Shown piece by piece: positions 1 through 8,788 of a stretch of 35,688 nt of DNA (positions are counted from its first letter, which is position 1; every line of letters begins with the position of its first letter). Origin of the DNA: a virus (Duplodnaviria > Heunggongvirae > Uroviricota > Caudoviricetes); IMG/VR virus record IMGVR_UViG_2740892230_000015, one strand, 5' to 3'. Below the pieces are notes generated by a model. It searched no databases. It was not told the DNA's origin and saw only the letters and a list, made by a program, of their open reading frames with translations. A program made the translations under genes and the position numbers.

Positions 1-355
1 TACGCTGCTCGTTGAGTTTTGATTTTGTCTCCTCAAGCTCAACACGCAGCTTCCCTACCGTTAGCGCAATGTCCTCGTTCTCCTGGTCGCGGCGTTTGAT
101 ATATTGCTGGTTTCTTTCCCGTTCATCCAGCAGTGCCTGCACTACTTTAGGGTTGAAAGCTGCGATAAATTCTGCGTTGTTCTCTGCATTTTTCTGGCCG
201 TCAAAGCCAGGCCATTTGATAATGTCTCCGCAACGTTCATCCCCCGGCGTATGCACCGCATATGTATCAGTGCCCGGCGAAATGAATGCGACCCATTCGC
301 CCTGTGTTGCCTGTTTTGCTAACTCACGCAGTGCCTGATAGTCAATCTTGCTCAC
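1..355 (-). CDS. Ead/Ea22-like protein, partial (3' end runs off window)
   Basis: Open frame from GTG at 355 to the window edge with no stop; RBS GGAGG 6 nt upstream. N-terminus [21 protein letters not shown] and a coiled-coil tail recall Ea22-type proteins of lambdoid phages. Not in the ORF track (non-ATG start, no stop in window). Confidence 0.4.
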   Translation of the reverse strand, partial: MSKIDYQALRELAKQATQGEWVAFISPGTDTYAVHTPGDERCGDIIKWPGFDGQKNAENNAEFIAAFNPKVVQALLDERERNQQYIKRRDQENEDIALTVGKLRVELEETKSKLNEQR

Positions 356-519
356 TGGTTGCCTCCTTTACGCCACATCGCATTCAGATATTTGTTTTGA
401 TTCACTGATGGAAAAGAATTTCTCTTAAGCAATTCCTCTCTCGATGGCATTGGCTTTACGCGCTGGCGAATAATCATTTCTGCCGGAAGAATGCCGGGAT
501 TGTATGCAAGTCCTCTCAT
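352..519 (-). CDS. small hypothetical protein (55 aa)
   Basis: ATG at 519 overlaps the stop of the upstream gene (ATGA); its own stop overlaps the GTG of the next gene (GTGA). Inferred from translational coupling only. Confidence 0.3.
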   Translation of the reverse strand: MRGLAYNPGILPAEMIIRQRVKPMPSREELLKRNSFPSVNQNKYLNAMWRKGGNQ

Positions 520-806
520 GATTTACTCTCCACGAACTGGTCAATAGCCATGCTAAGTGACACACCTAAAGTCTCGATATGCTGCTGAATATCCTGTAGC
601 GTCTGCGCCTGAGATAACAGGATTTCACGGTTGCATAACTCTTTAACCAGATGCTCAAACTTGCTGTAATAACCGATACGACTTAGTGTTTCTTTCCCTG
701 CATTCTCGTCTTCTTTGATAATTCCTCTTTCGCTAAGAATCAGATCGTGTTTTGTTCCGGTAATAACGTATTTTCCGAGGTCGATGTTTAGCTTCATTGT
801 TTTCAT
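516..806 (-). CDS. hypothetical protein
   Basis: ORF 516..959; preferred start is ATG at 806, preceded by GAGGAA. An alternative ATG at 824 overlaps the upstream stop. Confidence 0.45.
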   Translation of the reverse strand: MKTMKLNIDLGKYVITGTKHDLILSERGIIKEDENAGKETLSRIGYYSKFEHLVKELCNREILLSQAQTLQDIQQHIETLGVSLSMAIDQFVESKS

Positions 807-816
807 TGTTAATTCC

Positions 817-1113
817 TCAGTCATTACTGATAGCGCCATAGCGTGAGCGGTAATTACGCAGGCGCGGGTCGATATATTCAGGGAAGTGGGTGTATGTGGC
901 TTTGCGGAATGGTCGGATTGATGTCTGGTAAATTCGCTCGCGTTCTTCTTTCTCTGCAAGCCATATACAATGGCGAAATTCCTTTTCCTCTTTCGTTTCC
1001 TGCGGTAGCGACATTATCAGGTCGTAGTTTTTCCTGAATTTATCCAGCACCTCCGATACGGAATTGCCGGAACAGCGGCGCGGGTCATCCGCACCATACA
1101 GAGGCGCTGGCAT
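817..1113 (-). CDS. hypothetical protein (98 aa)
   Basis: ATG start with AAGGA RBS 7 nt upstream; lies directly downstream of ssb in the same operon. Confidence 0.5.
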   Translation of the reverse strand: MPAPLYGADDPRRCSGNSVSEVLDKFRKNYDLIMSLPQETKEEKEFRHCIWLAEKEERERIYQTSIRPFRKATYTHFPEYIDPRLRNYRSRYGAISND

Positions 1114-1136
1114 AATTAAATCCTTATTTTTCTAAA

Positions 1137-1520
1137 TCAGAATGGGATGGAATCGTCGTATACAGGAGTGTTCTGCTGGTTACTACTTTGCTGCTGCGGG
1201 CTGTTTCCTGAAGTTGCAAATCCAATCTTTGCATTCAGTAATTCAAGAGTGATGGATTGACCATTTTGCCCCTGATAAACATCAACCCTGATGTTTTCTC
1301 CGGTAATTTCCACAATGCCACCTTCAACAAGAACACTACGGTAGTAATCCGCTTGCGCTCCCGGCTTGGCAAATACAACGGTGCTGTAGTTTGTCCATTC
1401 TTTCTTTTTTGTCTGGCGATCGTAATACTGAACGCCAGCACGGATGTTGAATCCGATATTTTCCCCGGCCTGAAACTCTCTTGCGGGCTTGTTTAGTCTT
1501 ACAGTAATCGAATGTGCCAT
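1137..1520 (-). CDS. ssb: single-stranded DNA-binding protein (phage SSB)
   Basis: OB-fold-like N-terminus, Gln/Ser-rich linker and the acidic C-terminal tail ...YDDSIPF typical of SSB. ATG at 1520 overlaps the erf stop (TAATG). Confidence 0.8.
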   Translation of the reverse strand: MAHSITVRLNKPAREFQAGENIGFNIRAGVQYYDRQTKKKEWTNYSTVVFAKPGAQADYYRSVLVEGGIVEITGENIRVDVYQGQNGQSITLELLNAKIGFATSGNSPQQQSSNQQNTPVYDDSIPF

Positions 1521-2125
1521 TAAGCAGCAGCTCCTTCTAATTCGTCTCGTCTGATGTTGTAAACGTCCTGCGCTTTGTGCTGCTCCGGTGTGCCTTCGAG
1601 CATCTTCCACGCTTTGGCGAACGCCTGTTTAAGCTCTTCCACGGTGTTTTTCTGCAATGCTGCGTCAGTGAATGCTTTTAGAACCTGTTCAGGTGTAGGT
1701 GATGGTTTTGATTGCTTTGCTGCTGCGTTCTGCTGATGTTTATGCTCGTCGGTATCTGCATCTTTCGCATCATCAATGCCGAACAAACCATTGAGGCAAT
1801 ACTTGCGTGCATAAGAGCTTGTAGCTCCCGTAACTTGTGCAGAATCCATTCCTTTCTTGCTTTCTTCCTCTCGTGCAAGAGCGGTTGCCGTATGACTGTT
1901 TTCGCCATCGGTAATAGTTGCCGTGGCTTTCACGTAATACCGATCACCAATCAACACAACTTCATCGCTGATTGATAAAAACAGGCCATTCAGTAACGGC
2001 TTAACGCCTTCAAGAATGTCTTCGCAGCTTCTGTATTTATATTTACCGAATGAGTTGTACTGATTCTTTGGCGCGTTCAAGTTCTCCTGAATAGCTGCCA
2101 GTCTTGCGTAAAATTCTTTGCTCAT
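1520..2125 (-). CDS. erf: ERF-family single-strand annealing recombinase
   Basis: N-terminus MSKEFYARLAAIQENLNAPKNQYNSFGKYKYRSCEDILEG and motif SSYARKYCLNGLFGIDD match the Erf family. The track start at 2155 is TTG; ATG at 2125 is preferred. Confidence 0.8.
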   Translation of the reverse strand: MSKEFYARLAAIQENLNAPKNQYNSFGKYKYRSCEDILEGVKPLLNGLFLSISDEVVLIGDRYYVKATATITDGENSHTATALAREEESKKGMDSAQVTGATSSYARKYCLNGLFGIDDAKDADTDEHKHQQNAAAKQSKPSPTPEQVLKAFTDAALQKNTVEELKQAFAKAWKMLEGTPEQHKAQDVYNIRRDELEGAAA

Positions 2126-2135
2126 ATGTTTGTTC

Positions 2136-2306
2136 TCAGAATGGGCATGGCCCAAGGAAATAACGCTGATTTAATACTTCAGTCTTTGCCGCATTTAAAA
2201 ATACGCGAACACCTTCACGATCTCCCTTCTGGCGATACATTAACGCCTGCTGCGTGTACATGCGTCTCTGTAACTTGCTCTCCTTCACTGTGGTTGCAAG
2301 TGACAT
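2136..2306 (-). CDS. small hypothetical protein (56 aa)
   Basis: ATG at 2306 with a strong RBS (GAAGGAGATATTC-ATG). Overlaps the 3' part of the 2215..2385 ORF in another frame, so only one may be real. Confidence 0.25.
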   Translation of the reverse strand: MSLATTVKESKLQRRMYTQQALMYRQKGDREGVRVFLNAAKTEVLNQRYFLGPCPF

Positions 2307-2385
2307 GAATATCTCCTTCGTTACCGATTAATTCTTTCATCTGACGAATGAATTCTTCGTCTGACCAGTTATCTGTAAAACTCAT
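2215..2385 (-). CDS. small hypothetical protein (56 aa)
   Basis: ATG at 2385 overlaps the stop of the upstream gene (ATGA coupling); translation MSFTDNWSDEEFIRQMKELIGNEG... Confidence 0.3.
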   Translation of the reverse strand: MSFTDNWSDEEFIRQMKELIGNEGDIHVTCNHSEGEQVTETHVHAAGVNVSPEGRS

Positions 2386-2552
2386 GGACGGCCTTGTTGT
2401 TTCAAAATATCCCAAAGCTTTTCGAGCAAACTTTTCATTCTTGGTTGTTTAAAGTCTGCTCCGGTTAAAATATTTTTTCGTGAATGCTGTACCGATAAAA
2501 TCGGGTTGAAAGGGCGAACCGATGCCGCCCCTGCAATAGCGAACTGTTGCAT
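2382..2552 (-). CDS. small hypothetical protein (56 aa)
   Basis: ATG at 2552 with AAGGAG RBS 7 nt upstream; first gene after the intrinsic terminator at 2612-2641. Confidence 0.35.
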   Translation of the reverse strand: MQQFAIAGAASVRPFNPILSVQHSRKNILTGADFKQPRMKSLLEKLWDILKQQGRP

Positions 2553-2611
2553 AGGATGCTCCTTCTGTTTGATTGCATAACGAAAACGCCTCGAGTGAAG
2601 CGTTATTGGTA

Positions 2612-2641
2612 TGCATATAAAAAGGCCCTCACACTGGAGGG
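2612..2641 (-). terminator. rho-independent terminator (minus strand)
   Basis: On the minus strand, hairpin GCCCTCCAGTGTGAGGGC followed by a T-rich tract. Confidence 0.45.
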
Positions 2642-2746
2642 CAAAGAAGATTTCCAATAATCAGAACAAGTCGGCTCCTGTTTAGTTACGAGCGACATTG
2701 CTCCGTGTATTCACTCGTTGGAATGAATACACAGTGCTTACTCGTA

Positions 2747-2984
2747 CTAATAAAATACCCAATTTTCTGTTTCTTGGTTGTGCCCAAAGTTATATTCAAT
2801 ATCTGGTGTTGATGTATCAATATTCTTCATCCCATCAACAAGAGTTGATACAACAGCNNNNNNNNNNTAGTGCCAGTGCCACCGATGGCGTGAACGCCAT
2901 ACGAAACGCCACAAAATTTTGATGCATAGGTTCTGTTTCTACTGCAACTGCCGCATCTCGCAGTGCCTGATAGTCAATTGTCAT
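2747..2984 (-). CDS. hypothetical protein with Ea22-like N-terminus, interrupted by an assembly gap
   Basis: ATG at 2984 overlaps the upstream stop (ATGA). N-terminus MTIDYQALRDAAVAVE resembles the 1..355 protein. The N-run at 2858-2867 lies inside; the frame is open on both sides but offset by 1 if the gap is exactly 10 nt. Confidence 0.3.
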
Positions 2985-3625
2985 TCTCGCCATCCTTCAC
3001 AGTTGTAATCACGACAGCCTTCAAAATCATATGGGCTGTACTGCCAGGTTATTTTTCCGCAATGCGGACAATTCCAACGCACCTTCCCGCTTCGCGACTT
3101 CTTTCTTCTGTTCTGCTCTTTCAACCAGTCAGGCATGACCAAACCTGCGCCCTGAACCATTGTTCTGCGGTTAAAGTTATTGATATTGAACGTCCGACGC
3201 TTTGCTGCATCAGCAATGGAAAATGGCAACCAAACTATTCCTGGTTCGTTTTTGTTGGCGACGCTAAAGATGGTCGCTTTACTGAAGTCATCTGTTGGCA
3301 ATCCACCGTGTTGAAGCCAGTAAACATCGTTGCCGTTCCAGCTACCTTTTTTGTAGGCCACATACGCAGTGCAATCTGACTCAATCAGGCTTTCTGTGGG
3401 GATGTACTGGCAATCAACGTGCCACACAGCCATTGCATCCACGCTATCAGCGCAAACAGGCTGATCGATATCTCGTCCACAATTCCAGGCTTTTTGGGCT
3501 TCTTCCAGCGTGTAAACATGAGCGCGATCGATATCAGAACTGTAACCATTGCCGTTATGGCAATGGAATGAGGCGTTATTACCCACAGTTTCACGCAAGC
3601 ACATCATGTAAAAGCGGTTATTCAC
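2981..3625 (-). CDS. hypothetical phage protein (214 aa)
   Basis: GTG start at 3625 preceded by GGAGGCAACCA; Cys/His-rich. No family recognised. Confidence 0.5.
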   Translation of the reverse strand: MNNRFYMMCLRETVGNNASFHCHNGNGYSSDIDRAHVYTLEEAQKAWNCGRDIDQPVCADSVDAMAVWHVDCQYIPTESLIESDCTAYVAYKKGSWNGNDVYWLQHGGLPTDDFSKATIFSVANKNEPGIVWLPFSIADAAKRRTFNINNFNRRTMVQGAGLVMPDWLKEQNRRKKSRSGKVRWNCPHCGKITWQYSPYDFEGCRDYNCEGWRE

Positions 3626-3878
3626 TGGTTGCCTCCGCTTCCCACGTTTTCAGACTTTCACCACAGAACGGGCAAAATGAAACTCGAATAGGCGATTTAG
3701 AAAATTCACCAGACCGCAGCATGATCAGGTCTTGTGAATGAATTAATTCATGGTTATAGATTTTGTATTTCAGCAGACCTTTTCGCGTCGTGTATTCAGC
3801 GTCATGCTCCAGGGATTGTGCCAACGCCGCGCACGGTTCTATCTTGTTGCCATTAATTTGGCATTTTGACTCACTCAC
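3618..3878 (-). CDS. putative zinc-ribbon protein (about 86 aa)
   Basis: ORF 3618..3902; preferred start GTG at 3878 in the repeated context GGGGGCAACCAGTGA, overlapping the upstream stop. Contains C-x8-C ... CPFC. Confidence 0.4.
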   Translation of the reverse strand: MSESKCQINGNKIEPCAALAQSLEHDAEYTTRKGLLKYKIYNHELIHSQDLIMLRSGEFSKSPIRVSFCPFCGESLKTWEAEATSE

Positions 3879-4452
3879 TGGTTGCCCCCTGAATACGCTC
3901 AAACTCTATTACCCACACCCAAGGATTAGCGTTCCAACTATCTTCGCCATAAATTGATTTCCATAGGCTACGGAAACCTGGGTAATGCTTATCGCCAATG
4001 AGGGTCGATTCTGTTGGTGCGCCCTCAGCCCTTGCATCGCATTCGCTGATATCGTTCAACCGCTCAACGCGCACGTTGGTAATTTCCAGAAGAATGCGCG
4101 ATGCCCAGCGCGGCATGTGAATTGATGGCGTCCACTTTTCTGATACTGGTTTATTACAAACCTCGACCGGAACCCGGTGCGTTTGTTCTGTCCAGGAGTT
4201 ACGCACGCTTGCGCGATAAACCAGCGTTGCGACGTCCGTCGCTTTGCCATGTACCCGGTAGGTTTCGCGAACCCAAATACGATCGCCCGGTTGACCATAT
4301 GGACAATGCTTGGCAAGCAACTCTGCGGCCACTGCCCGTCCATAGAATTTTTCTTCAACAATCCTGCGAGTCTGTGTTTTATTCCCGCCAAGAATTGCCC
4401 GGACCATCTCATCGTTAAAAATCATGCCGCGCTCTTTCACTTCGCCTTTCAT
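3871..4452 (-). CDS. ASCH/PUA-like domain protein
   Basis: ATG at 4452 with GGGGGA RBS. Motifs FNDEMVRAILGGNKTQTRR and SIHMPRWASRI resemble the ASCH fold; a call from memory of the motif. Confidence 0.45.
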   Translation of the reverse strand: MKGEVKERGMIFNDEMVRAILGGNKTQTRRIVEEKFYGRAVAAELLAKHCPYGQPGDRIWVRETYRVHGKATDVATLVYRASVRNSWTEQTHRVPVEVCNKPVSEKWTPSIHMPRWASRILLEITNVRVERLNDISECDARAEGAPTESTLIGDKHYPGFRSLWKSIYGEDSWNANPWVWVIEFERIQGATSE

Positions 4453-4461
4453 GCATCCCCC

Positions 4462-4548
4462 TTACCCATGTGCGACGATGCCGCCAAAAGTGATAGAGAA
4501 CAGCCAGAAATAGATCGCGGCCATAATGATTTTGAATGCCGTGTTCAT
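4462..4548 (-). CDS. small hydrophobic peptide (28 aa)
   Basis: ATG at 4548 with GGAG RBS; translation MNTAFKIIMAAIYFWLFSITFGGIVAHG is a single predicted transmembrane helix. First ORF downstream of the operator-promoter at 4617-4647. Confidence 0.3.
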   Translation of the reverse strand: MNTAFKIIMAAIYFWLFSITFGGIVAHG

Positions 4549-4616
4549 ATTTTCAGCTCCTGTGATTGATTGGATACATGCCGCGCCTTGCGGCATGTTT
4601 TTATTTTCACTTTCTC

Positions 4617-4647
4617 TGTTTTAAAAATCAATATTTATTAGAGCAAT
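4617..4647 (-). promoter_or_regulatory. C1-operator-like site overlapping a sigma70-like promoter
   Basis: Minus strand reads ATTGCTCTAATAAATAT (16/17 to the P1 C1 operator). TTGCTC as -35, 17-nt spacer, TAAAAC as -10. Confidence 0.55.
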
Positions 4648-5153
4648 CATTGTTGATGGAGAAGCGCGTTTTCATACTCCCTGACCATTAACGTAAGCAC
4701 GCCGTGCCTCCTGAAAACACGCGCCACTTCAATCTTATCTTCCAGCGCGAACGCGATTTTACTTAGACCAATTTTCTTAAGGAGATCAATCTTTGCTGGG
4801 CCGTCATTTCTGTCATCGGTGGCAGGACGCATAGATAGCAAAGGCTCAGCCCCGTTTGTTACGTACTTCCGCAGCCAGGCTCGTGTTTTATCCCTTGCGA
4901 TCTCACAGCGCCCGGTTACAAACCAGACCGTGTAAACGTTAAATAACTGGCGCACCATATCAATAACTGGAGTGATGGGAGTATCGGTGTCACAGGCGAG
5001 ATTAAACTCGTTCCAGTCCTTTGTTAATGCACCTTTACCTGGTGGCGGAAGCAAATGCAGTCTGTCTTCAGTTGCCTCTGATATTGTTCCATCAATATCA
5101 ACTATGACGATATACGGACGTTCCTGGTGTGCGTGTTTATTGAAAATACTCAA
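4647..5153 (-). CDS. HAD-superfamily phosphatase (polynucleotide kinase 3'-phosphatase-like)
   Basis: N-terminal motif I VIVDIDGT; size and layout fit a HAD phosphatase. TTG start at 5153 with AGGAGG upstream. Confidence 0.55.
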   Translation of the reverse strand: MSIFNKHAHQERPYIVIVDIDGTISEATEDRLHLLPPPGKGALTKDWNEFNLACDTDTPITPVIDMVRQLFNVYTVWFVTGRCEIARDKTRAWLRKYVTNGAEPLLSMRPATDDRNDGPAKIDLLKKIGLSKIAFALEDKIEVARVFRRHGVLTLMVREYENALLHQQ

Positions 5154-5172
5154 ATGCCCTCCTCATTGGACG

Positions 5173-5204
5173 AAAAAAATGCTGGTGGGCGCACTCCACC
5201 AGCA
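5173..5204 (-). terminator. rho-independent terminator (minus strand)
   Basis: Minus strand hairpin TGCTGGTGG-AGTGCGC-CCACCAGCA followed by T7. Confidence 0.5.
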
Positions 5205-5225
5205 TTAAAAGTGACACTGTAACTG

Positions 5226-6488
5226 TCAGCGAACGTAAATAGTGCCGCCGTTCTCTTTTTCCCATGCATCGCTACGTGCATAGCAAACATCGAGAAGTCT
5301 TCTTGCCGCTGTTTCCTCTAAACCCAATTCGACAACCAACTGCTCATGACGGCGGGTAACCACATCAAACAGGGTATGCAGCCCTTTAGTTGCCAGATCA
5401 TCAATAAATTCCGGTTCGAACGGCAGCTCTGCATCTGCCAACATAACCTCTTGCGCCCACTCGACACGGCGGACCAGTTCCGGGCGGCGGCTTTCCATCT
5501 CTTTACAGATCAATTCATGGAAGAACTCTACCCAACCTTCCGGCTGGAACTCGCGGAAAATGGCCAGCGGCTGGAAGTTTGGCATCAACCATTCGTTGAT
5601 TCGGATATCAATGGCATAGCCCATGTCGCAGCAGAACTGATAAGCAAAGTCCAGCTTAGAAACGATATAAGGACGCTCGTTATTGAACTCTTTAGGCGAT
5701 GAGATCCCATAAGCCAGGAGGCGCGGGAAGAAGGAGATTTGCCCTAACGTCGGATGAAGTTTGCTTGCAGGGAAACGGCGCTCAGTAATGCCATACATTT
5801 CCTTCTTGAGCGTCGCAAATTTGGCATTCTCATTAACCAGCGCGGTAACCTCTGCTTTTTTATTAGCAAATGCCACGCGCGCTTCGCTTGCATCTTTAAT
5901 AGTTTTTTTGAGCTGTTGGTTAAGGTCGGCGACCTGCTTACGCAGTTCCTGTCGCTCGCTTTTAGCTTTGTTATAGCGTTTCTCAAGGTTAAAAGGATCA
6001 AGTTTCATGATCTCTTTATATTGAGATTTTAGCGTTGAAATCTGTGAGTTCCGCAGTTCAACCATCGCGGTCATTTCATTGAGTTTTGTTTCCAGCTCAA
6101 TGCTTATACGTTCGGCATTATCAGCACGCTGGTTGGCGTCATGCGTCGCATCGTCGATCGCGTCCTGTTGCTGGCGTTTCAAATGTTCAATTTGCAGCTG
6201 AAGCTCTTCAATTTCTTTACCCTTCAGACCGAGATCCAACTGCATATTTTCAGCTGCATCTACCAGGGAGTTATGGCTATCAGCTTCTGCGTTATAAACA
6301 TCAATAAGCTGTGCGTGAAGCATCTCCGCTGACTGAACCGCATTATCAAAAAAACGTGCTGTGAGGTCATCACAACTAACGCGGCGTTGCGCGGCCCGGA
6401 TGTTCTGGATAATGGCCGGGATACCGGCATTCAGGACATCAGGGATAGATACATTTTCGATTGATTGGTTTTGTGCTGAAGTGCTCAT
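5226..6488 (-). CDS. coiled-coil protein of unknown function (420 aa)
   Basis: Long ATG-initiated ORF; the central about 200 aa is heptad-rich and charged (EIEELQLQIEHLKRQQQ...). No enzymatic motif recognised. Confidence 0.6.
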   Translation of the reverse strand: MSTSAQNQSIENVSIPDVLNAGIPAIIQNIRAAQRRVSCDDLTARFFDNAVQSAEMLHAQLIDVYNAEADSHNSLVDAAENMQLDLGLKGKEIEELQLQIEHLKRQQQDAIDDATHDANQRADNAERISIELETKLNEMTAMVELRNSQISTLKSQYKEIMKLDPFNLEKRYNKAKSERQELRKQVADLNQQLKKTIKDASEARVAFANKKAEVTALVNENAKFATLKKEMYGITERRFPASKLHPTLGQISFFPRLLAYGISSPKEFNNERPYIVSKLDFAYQFCCDMGYAIDIRINEWLMPNFQPLAIFREFQPEGWVEFFHELICKEMESRRPELVRRVEWAQEVMLADAELPFEPEFIDDLATKGLHTLFDVVTRRHEQLVVELGLEETAARRLLDVCYARSDAWEKENGGTIYVR

Positions 6489-6489
6489 T

Positions 6490-6708
6490 TCAAAGTTCCG
6501 TATTAGCTTGTGCTTCGGTCATTTTTCCTAAGTATGAAGGAGGAAGGACTACGCAATTTGTATCCAGTCCCTCACCTATGGCAGCCTGTAAAATTCTGGC
6601 TAAGGTGAGTCTCTTGTTGCGATACCTGGTGATGACATGCCTGATACCGCCGGTCGGCGTAACAAAGGCGATCAGCCAGTAGTGATATTTCCGTCGGAAT
6701 GGCCACAT
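6490..6708 (-). CDS. hypothetical protein (72 aa)
   Basis: ATG at 6708 with AAGGTG upstream; first gene after the operator-promoter at 6723-6788. Confidence 0.45.
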   Translation of the reverse strand: MWPFRRKYHYWLIAFVTPTGGIRHVITRYRNKRLTLARILQAAIGEGLDTNCVVLPPSYLGKMTEAQANTEL

Positions 6709-6722
6709 AGTGCACCTTGTAG

Positions 6723-6788
6723 ATTGCTCTAATAAAAAACGTGATGAGTGTACATCACGTTTTAAAAATATGGAATTATTAGAGCAAT
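6723..6788 (-). promoter_or_regulatory. paired inverted C1-operator-like sites flanking a hairpin; promoter for the 6708 operon
   Basis: ATTGCTCTAATAAAAAA at 6723-6739 (plus) and ATTGCTCTAATAATTCC at 6772-6788 (minus). On the minus strand TTGCTC-N17-TAAAAC. A 9-bp-stem hairpin at 6738-6761 with flanking A/T runs sits between them. Confidence 0.5.
6733..6761 (-). terminator. hairpin terminator ending the upstream operon
   Basis: Stem AACGTGATG/CATCACGTT with a 6-nt loop; T-run follows on the minus strand. Confidence 0.4.
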
Positions 6789-6789
6789 A

Positions 6790-7491
6790 TTATTCTGATT
6801 CTCGCTCAAAAAATGAGCTGATAAGGGGAAGCCAATCCTCTGACACTTCGCGAGGTCGCGGTTTGCCGTGGAAAAAGATTATTCGGCAGTCTTTTGGTAA
6901 TGCCCCATTCCCCCTGGAGTAACGCGCGCTCGCATATTTTGAACCAGGTTCCACAACATCGGCCTTGTAACTTACAAACCATCCTGGATACAGATCCTGA
7001 AATGCTGGTGTATCATCGCCCATAACCTTTCGTAAGAACCCCTGGTCACCCCAGCACTCAGTAGTGACACAACGAGAAATCCAACCTTCCGGATCTTGCC
7101 AGAATGAACTCCAGATATGCGCTTTAACACTATTTGGTATCCACAGGGCACCGCTGCCACGATATTGTGGATGGTAAAAATCCCTAAGCATGGTGAAGCT
7201 GGTTGGTGGATGCTCTAGGATTGGGCGTATATCACCGGCAATAACCGTGTCCAAATCCAGATAGAACAGATCATCGGTTATATCCGGTCGGAACAACTCG
7301 ATTTTCGCCCACCAGCCACGGCACTTTTGCCACTGGTTGATCAATGGGACAACTTTGACGCCAGGTACATGTAAACGCTTCAGGTCTGTCAGGCAAATAA
7401 TTTCATAGCCTTTTGGCAGTTGATTAACCAGCCACTGCACATCGGAAGCGTTATAGTCACCACCAGAGCGAAAAACTAAAGCAATCTTCAT
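6790..7491 (-). CDS. putative nucleotide-sugar glycosyltransferase-like protein (DxD motif)
   Basis: 233 aa; Rossmann-like N-terminus [13 protein letters not shown] and a candidate DxD motif YLDLDTV. Stop overlaps the phosphatase gene by 4 nt. Function is weakly supported. Confidence 0.35.
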   Translation of the reverse strand: MKIALVFRSGGDYNASDVQWLVNQLPKGYEIICLTDLKRLHVPGVKVVPLINQWQKCRGWWAKIELFRPDITDDLFYLDLDTVIAGDIRPILEHPPTSFTMLRDFYHPQYRGSGALWIPNSVKAHIWSSFWQDPEGWISRCVTTECWGDQGFLRKVMGDDTPAFQDLYPGWFVSYKADVVEPGSKYASARYSRGNGALPKDCRIIFFHGKPRPREVSEDWLPLISSFFERESE

Positions 7492-8180
7492 GCTGCACCA
7501 TCACCTTTCACTTTCATCAATGTCAGGTTTCCGCAAAATACGGCACCAGTGTCGATATACTGCTGATTCCAGAATGTCTTCGGGCTTTTCACCGGAGTGT
7601 GACCAAAGATAAAACGATCTGCGCCCGAAATTTCGCCACCAATATCATCCATCGAATCACTGATACGCTCGCGCGCCCAGACAACGTTGAAAAGCGGCAC
7701 CTCCTTACCGAATTGGTATTCATTATCCGGATAGTCGGCATGGGCTATAACGATAGTTTCTTGCCCCGTGTTCAACTCAATGATATAGGGCAGACGCTTT
7801 ACCAGCTCCACCAGCGCCCAGGCTAATATTTCCTGATCAGTGTCCAGCATGAAGAACCATTGTCCGCCATTCATTAGCCAGTTATTCACGTTGCCATCTG
7901 GACTTAACGCATCAATCATCAGCCGCTCATGGTTCCCCATCACTGCCCTGAACCAGGGCATCTGCAATAGTTCCAGACATTCGACATTTTCAGTACCGCG
8001 ATCGATAAGGTCGCCGACCGATATCAGTAAATCCTGCGCCGGGTCAAAATCCACACGATGGAGTTCGGACATCAGTCTGGTGTAGCAACCATGCAGATCA
8101 CCAACAACCCAGACATTCCTGTATTTGGTACCGTCGATACGGTGATAAATTGTGGGTGCCATCATGTATTCTTCAGCCAT
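7488..8180 (-). CDS. ppp: Ser/Thr protein phosphatase, lambda-PPase family
   Basis: Canonical metallophosphoesterase motifs GDLHG, GDLIDRG and GNHE in order. Confidence 0.85.
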   Translation of the reverse strand: MAEEYMMAPTIYHRIDGTKYRNVWVVGDLHGCYTRLMSELHRVDFDPAQDLLISVGDLIDRGTENVECLELLQMPWFRAVMGNHERLMIDALSPDGNVNNWLMNGGQWFFMLDTDQEILAWALVELVKRLPYIIELNTGQETIVIAHADYPDNEYQFGKEVPLFNVVWARERISDSMDDIGGEISGADRFIFGHTPVKSPKTFWNQQYIDTGAVFCGNLTLMKVKGDGAA

Positions 8181-8788
8181 TCTTTAAGAGTCATCTGCGG
8201 AATACCTCCCATTTTCCCGCATGAAACAACGTCAATCTGTTCACGCGCAGACTGGAATAACAAAGGCAGGTGACTTAGATTTTTTGGCGTGCCGCCGGAG
8301 TGAACGCGTAGTTCTTGCGTAGCGTCAACGCCCACCAGAGCTACATGTTTGAATCCGATATGGAAAGCCAGGTTCAGAGCACCATATGCACTATTGCCGC
8401 TGGCAATTTCATTCTCATCTTCGCAAAGGCCGAAATGTGCGGACCAGCGCCACGCCCACCACTCGGGAGAATTCGTATTTTTTGGCTCCATGCCGCGTTC
8501 AGCCACACGACGGAAGCACAGAACGCCATCTCTGACTTCACGTTCTTTAACATCGGGTAGTGCCATGCAATAACAAACACCACGGCGACGGCGGCCACGA
8601 CCAACGCGCCGCATATTGTCTGGGGATGGATCAAGGGTGAAAAAATAAGAAGCGCGGTTAAGCCAGTCGATGGCCCCATTGACCGCTATAATCGGCACTC
8701 CGCGCGGCGCAACAAAGTTTGCGGCGCTTGGGCCACTGCCGACGATAATAACGCGATCACTGCCTCTAAATTTATTCTTGGGAAACAT
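8162..8788 (-). CDS. DUF115 / Maf / GT42 sialyltransferase-like protein (paralog 2)
   Basis: N-terminal VIIVGSGPS...IIAVN and central [26 protein letters not shown] resemble the Cst-II/Maf fold signature. ATG at 8788. Confidence 0.55.
   Translation of the reverse strand: MFPKNKFRGSDRVIIVGSGPSAANFVAPRGVPIIAVNGAIDWLNRASYFFTLDPSPDNMRRVGRGRRRRGVCYCMALPDVKEREVRDGVLCFRRVAERGMEPKNTNSPEWWAWRWSAHFGLCEDENEIASGNSAYGALNLAFHIGFKHVALVGVDATQELRVHSGGTPKNLSHLPLLFQSAREQIDVVSCGKMGGIPQMTLKEWLKNT

Noticed and set aside
12-338. Plus-strand ORFs (108 and 72 aa) at the left edge
   Set aside because: Low-complexity Ser-rich translation, antisense to a better-supported minus-strand gene; no RBS.
4577-4607. Hairpin CATGCCGC...GCGGCATG plus T-run as a plus-strand terminator
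   Set aside because: No plus-strand gene is upstream; it more likely forms a 5'-UTR structure in the minus-strand transcript from the 4617-4647 promoter.
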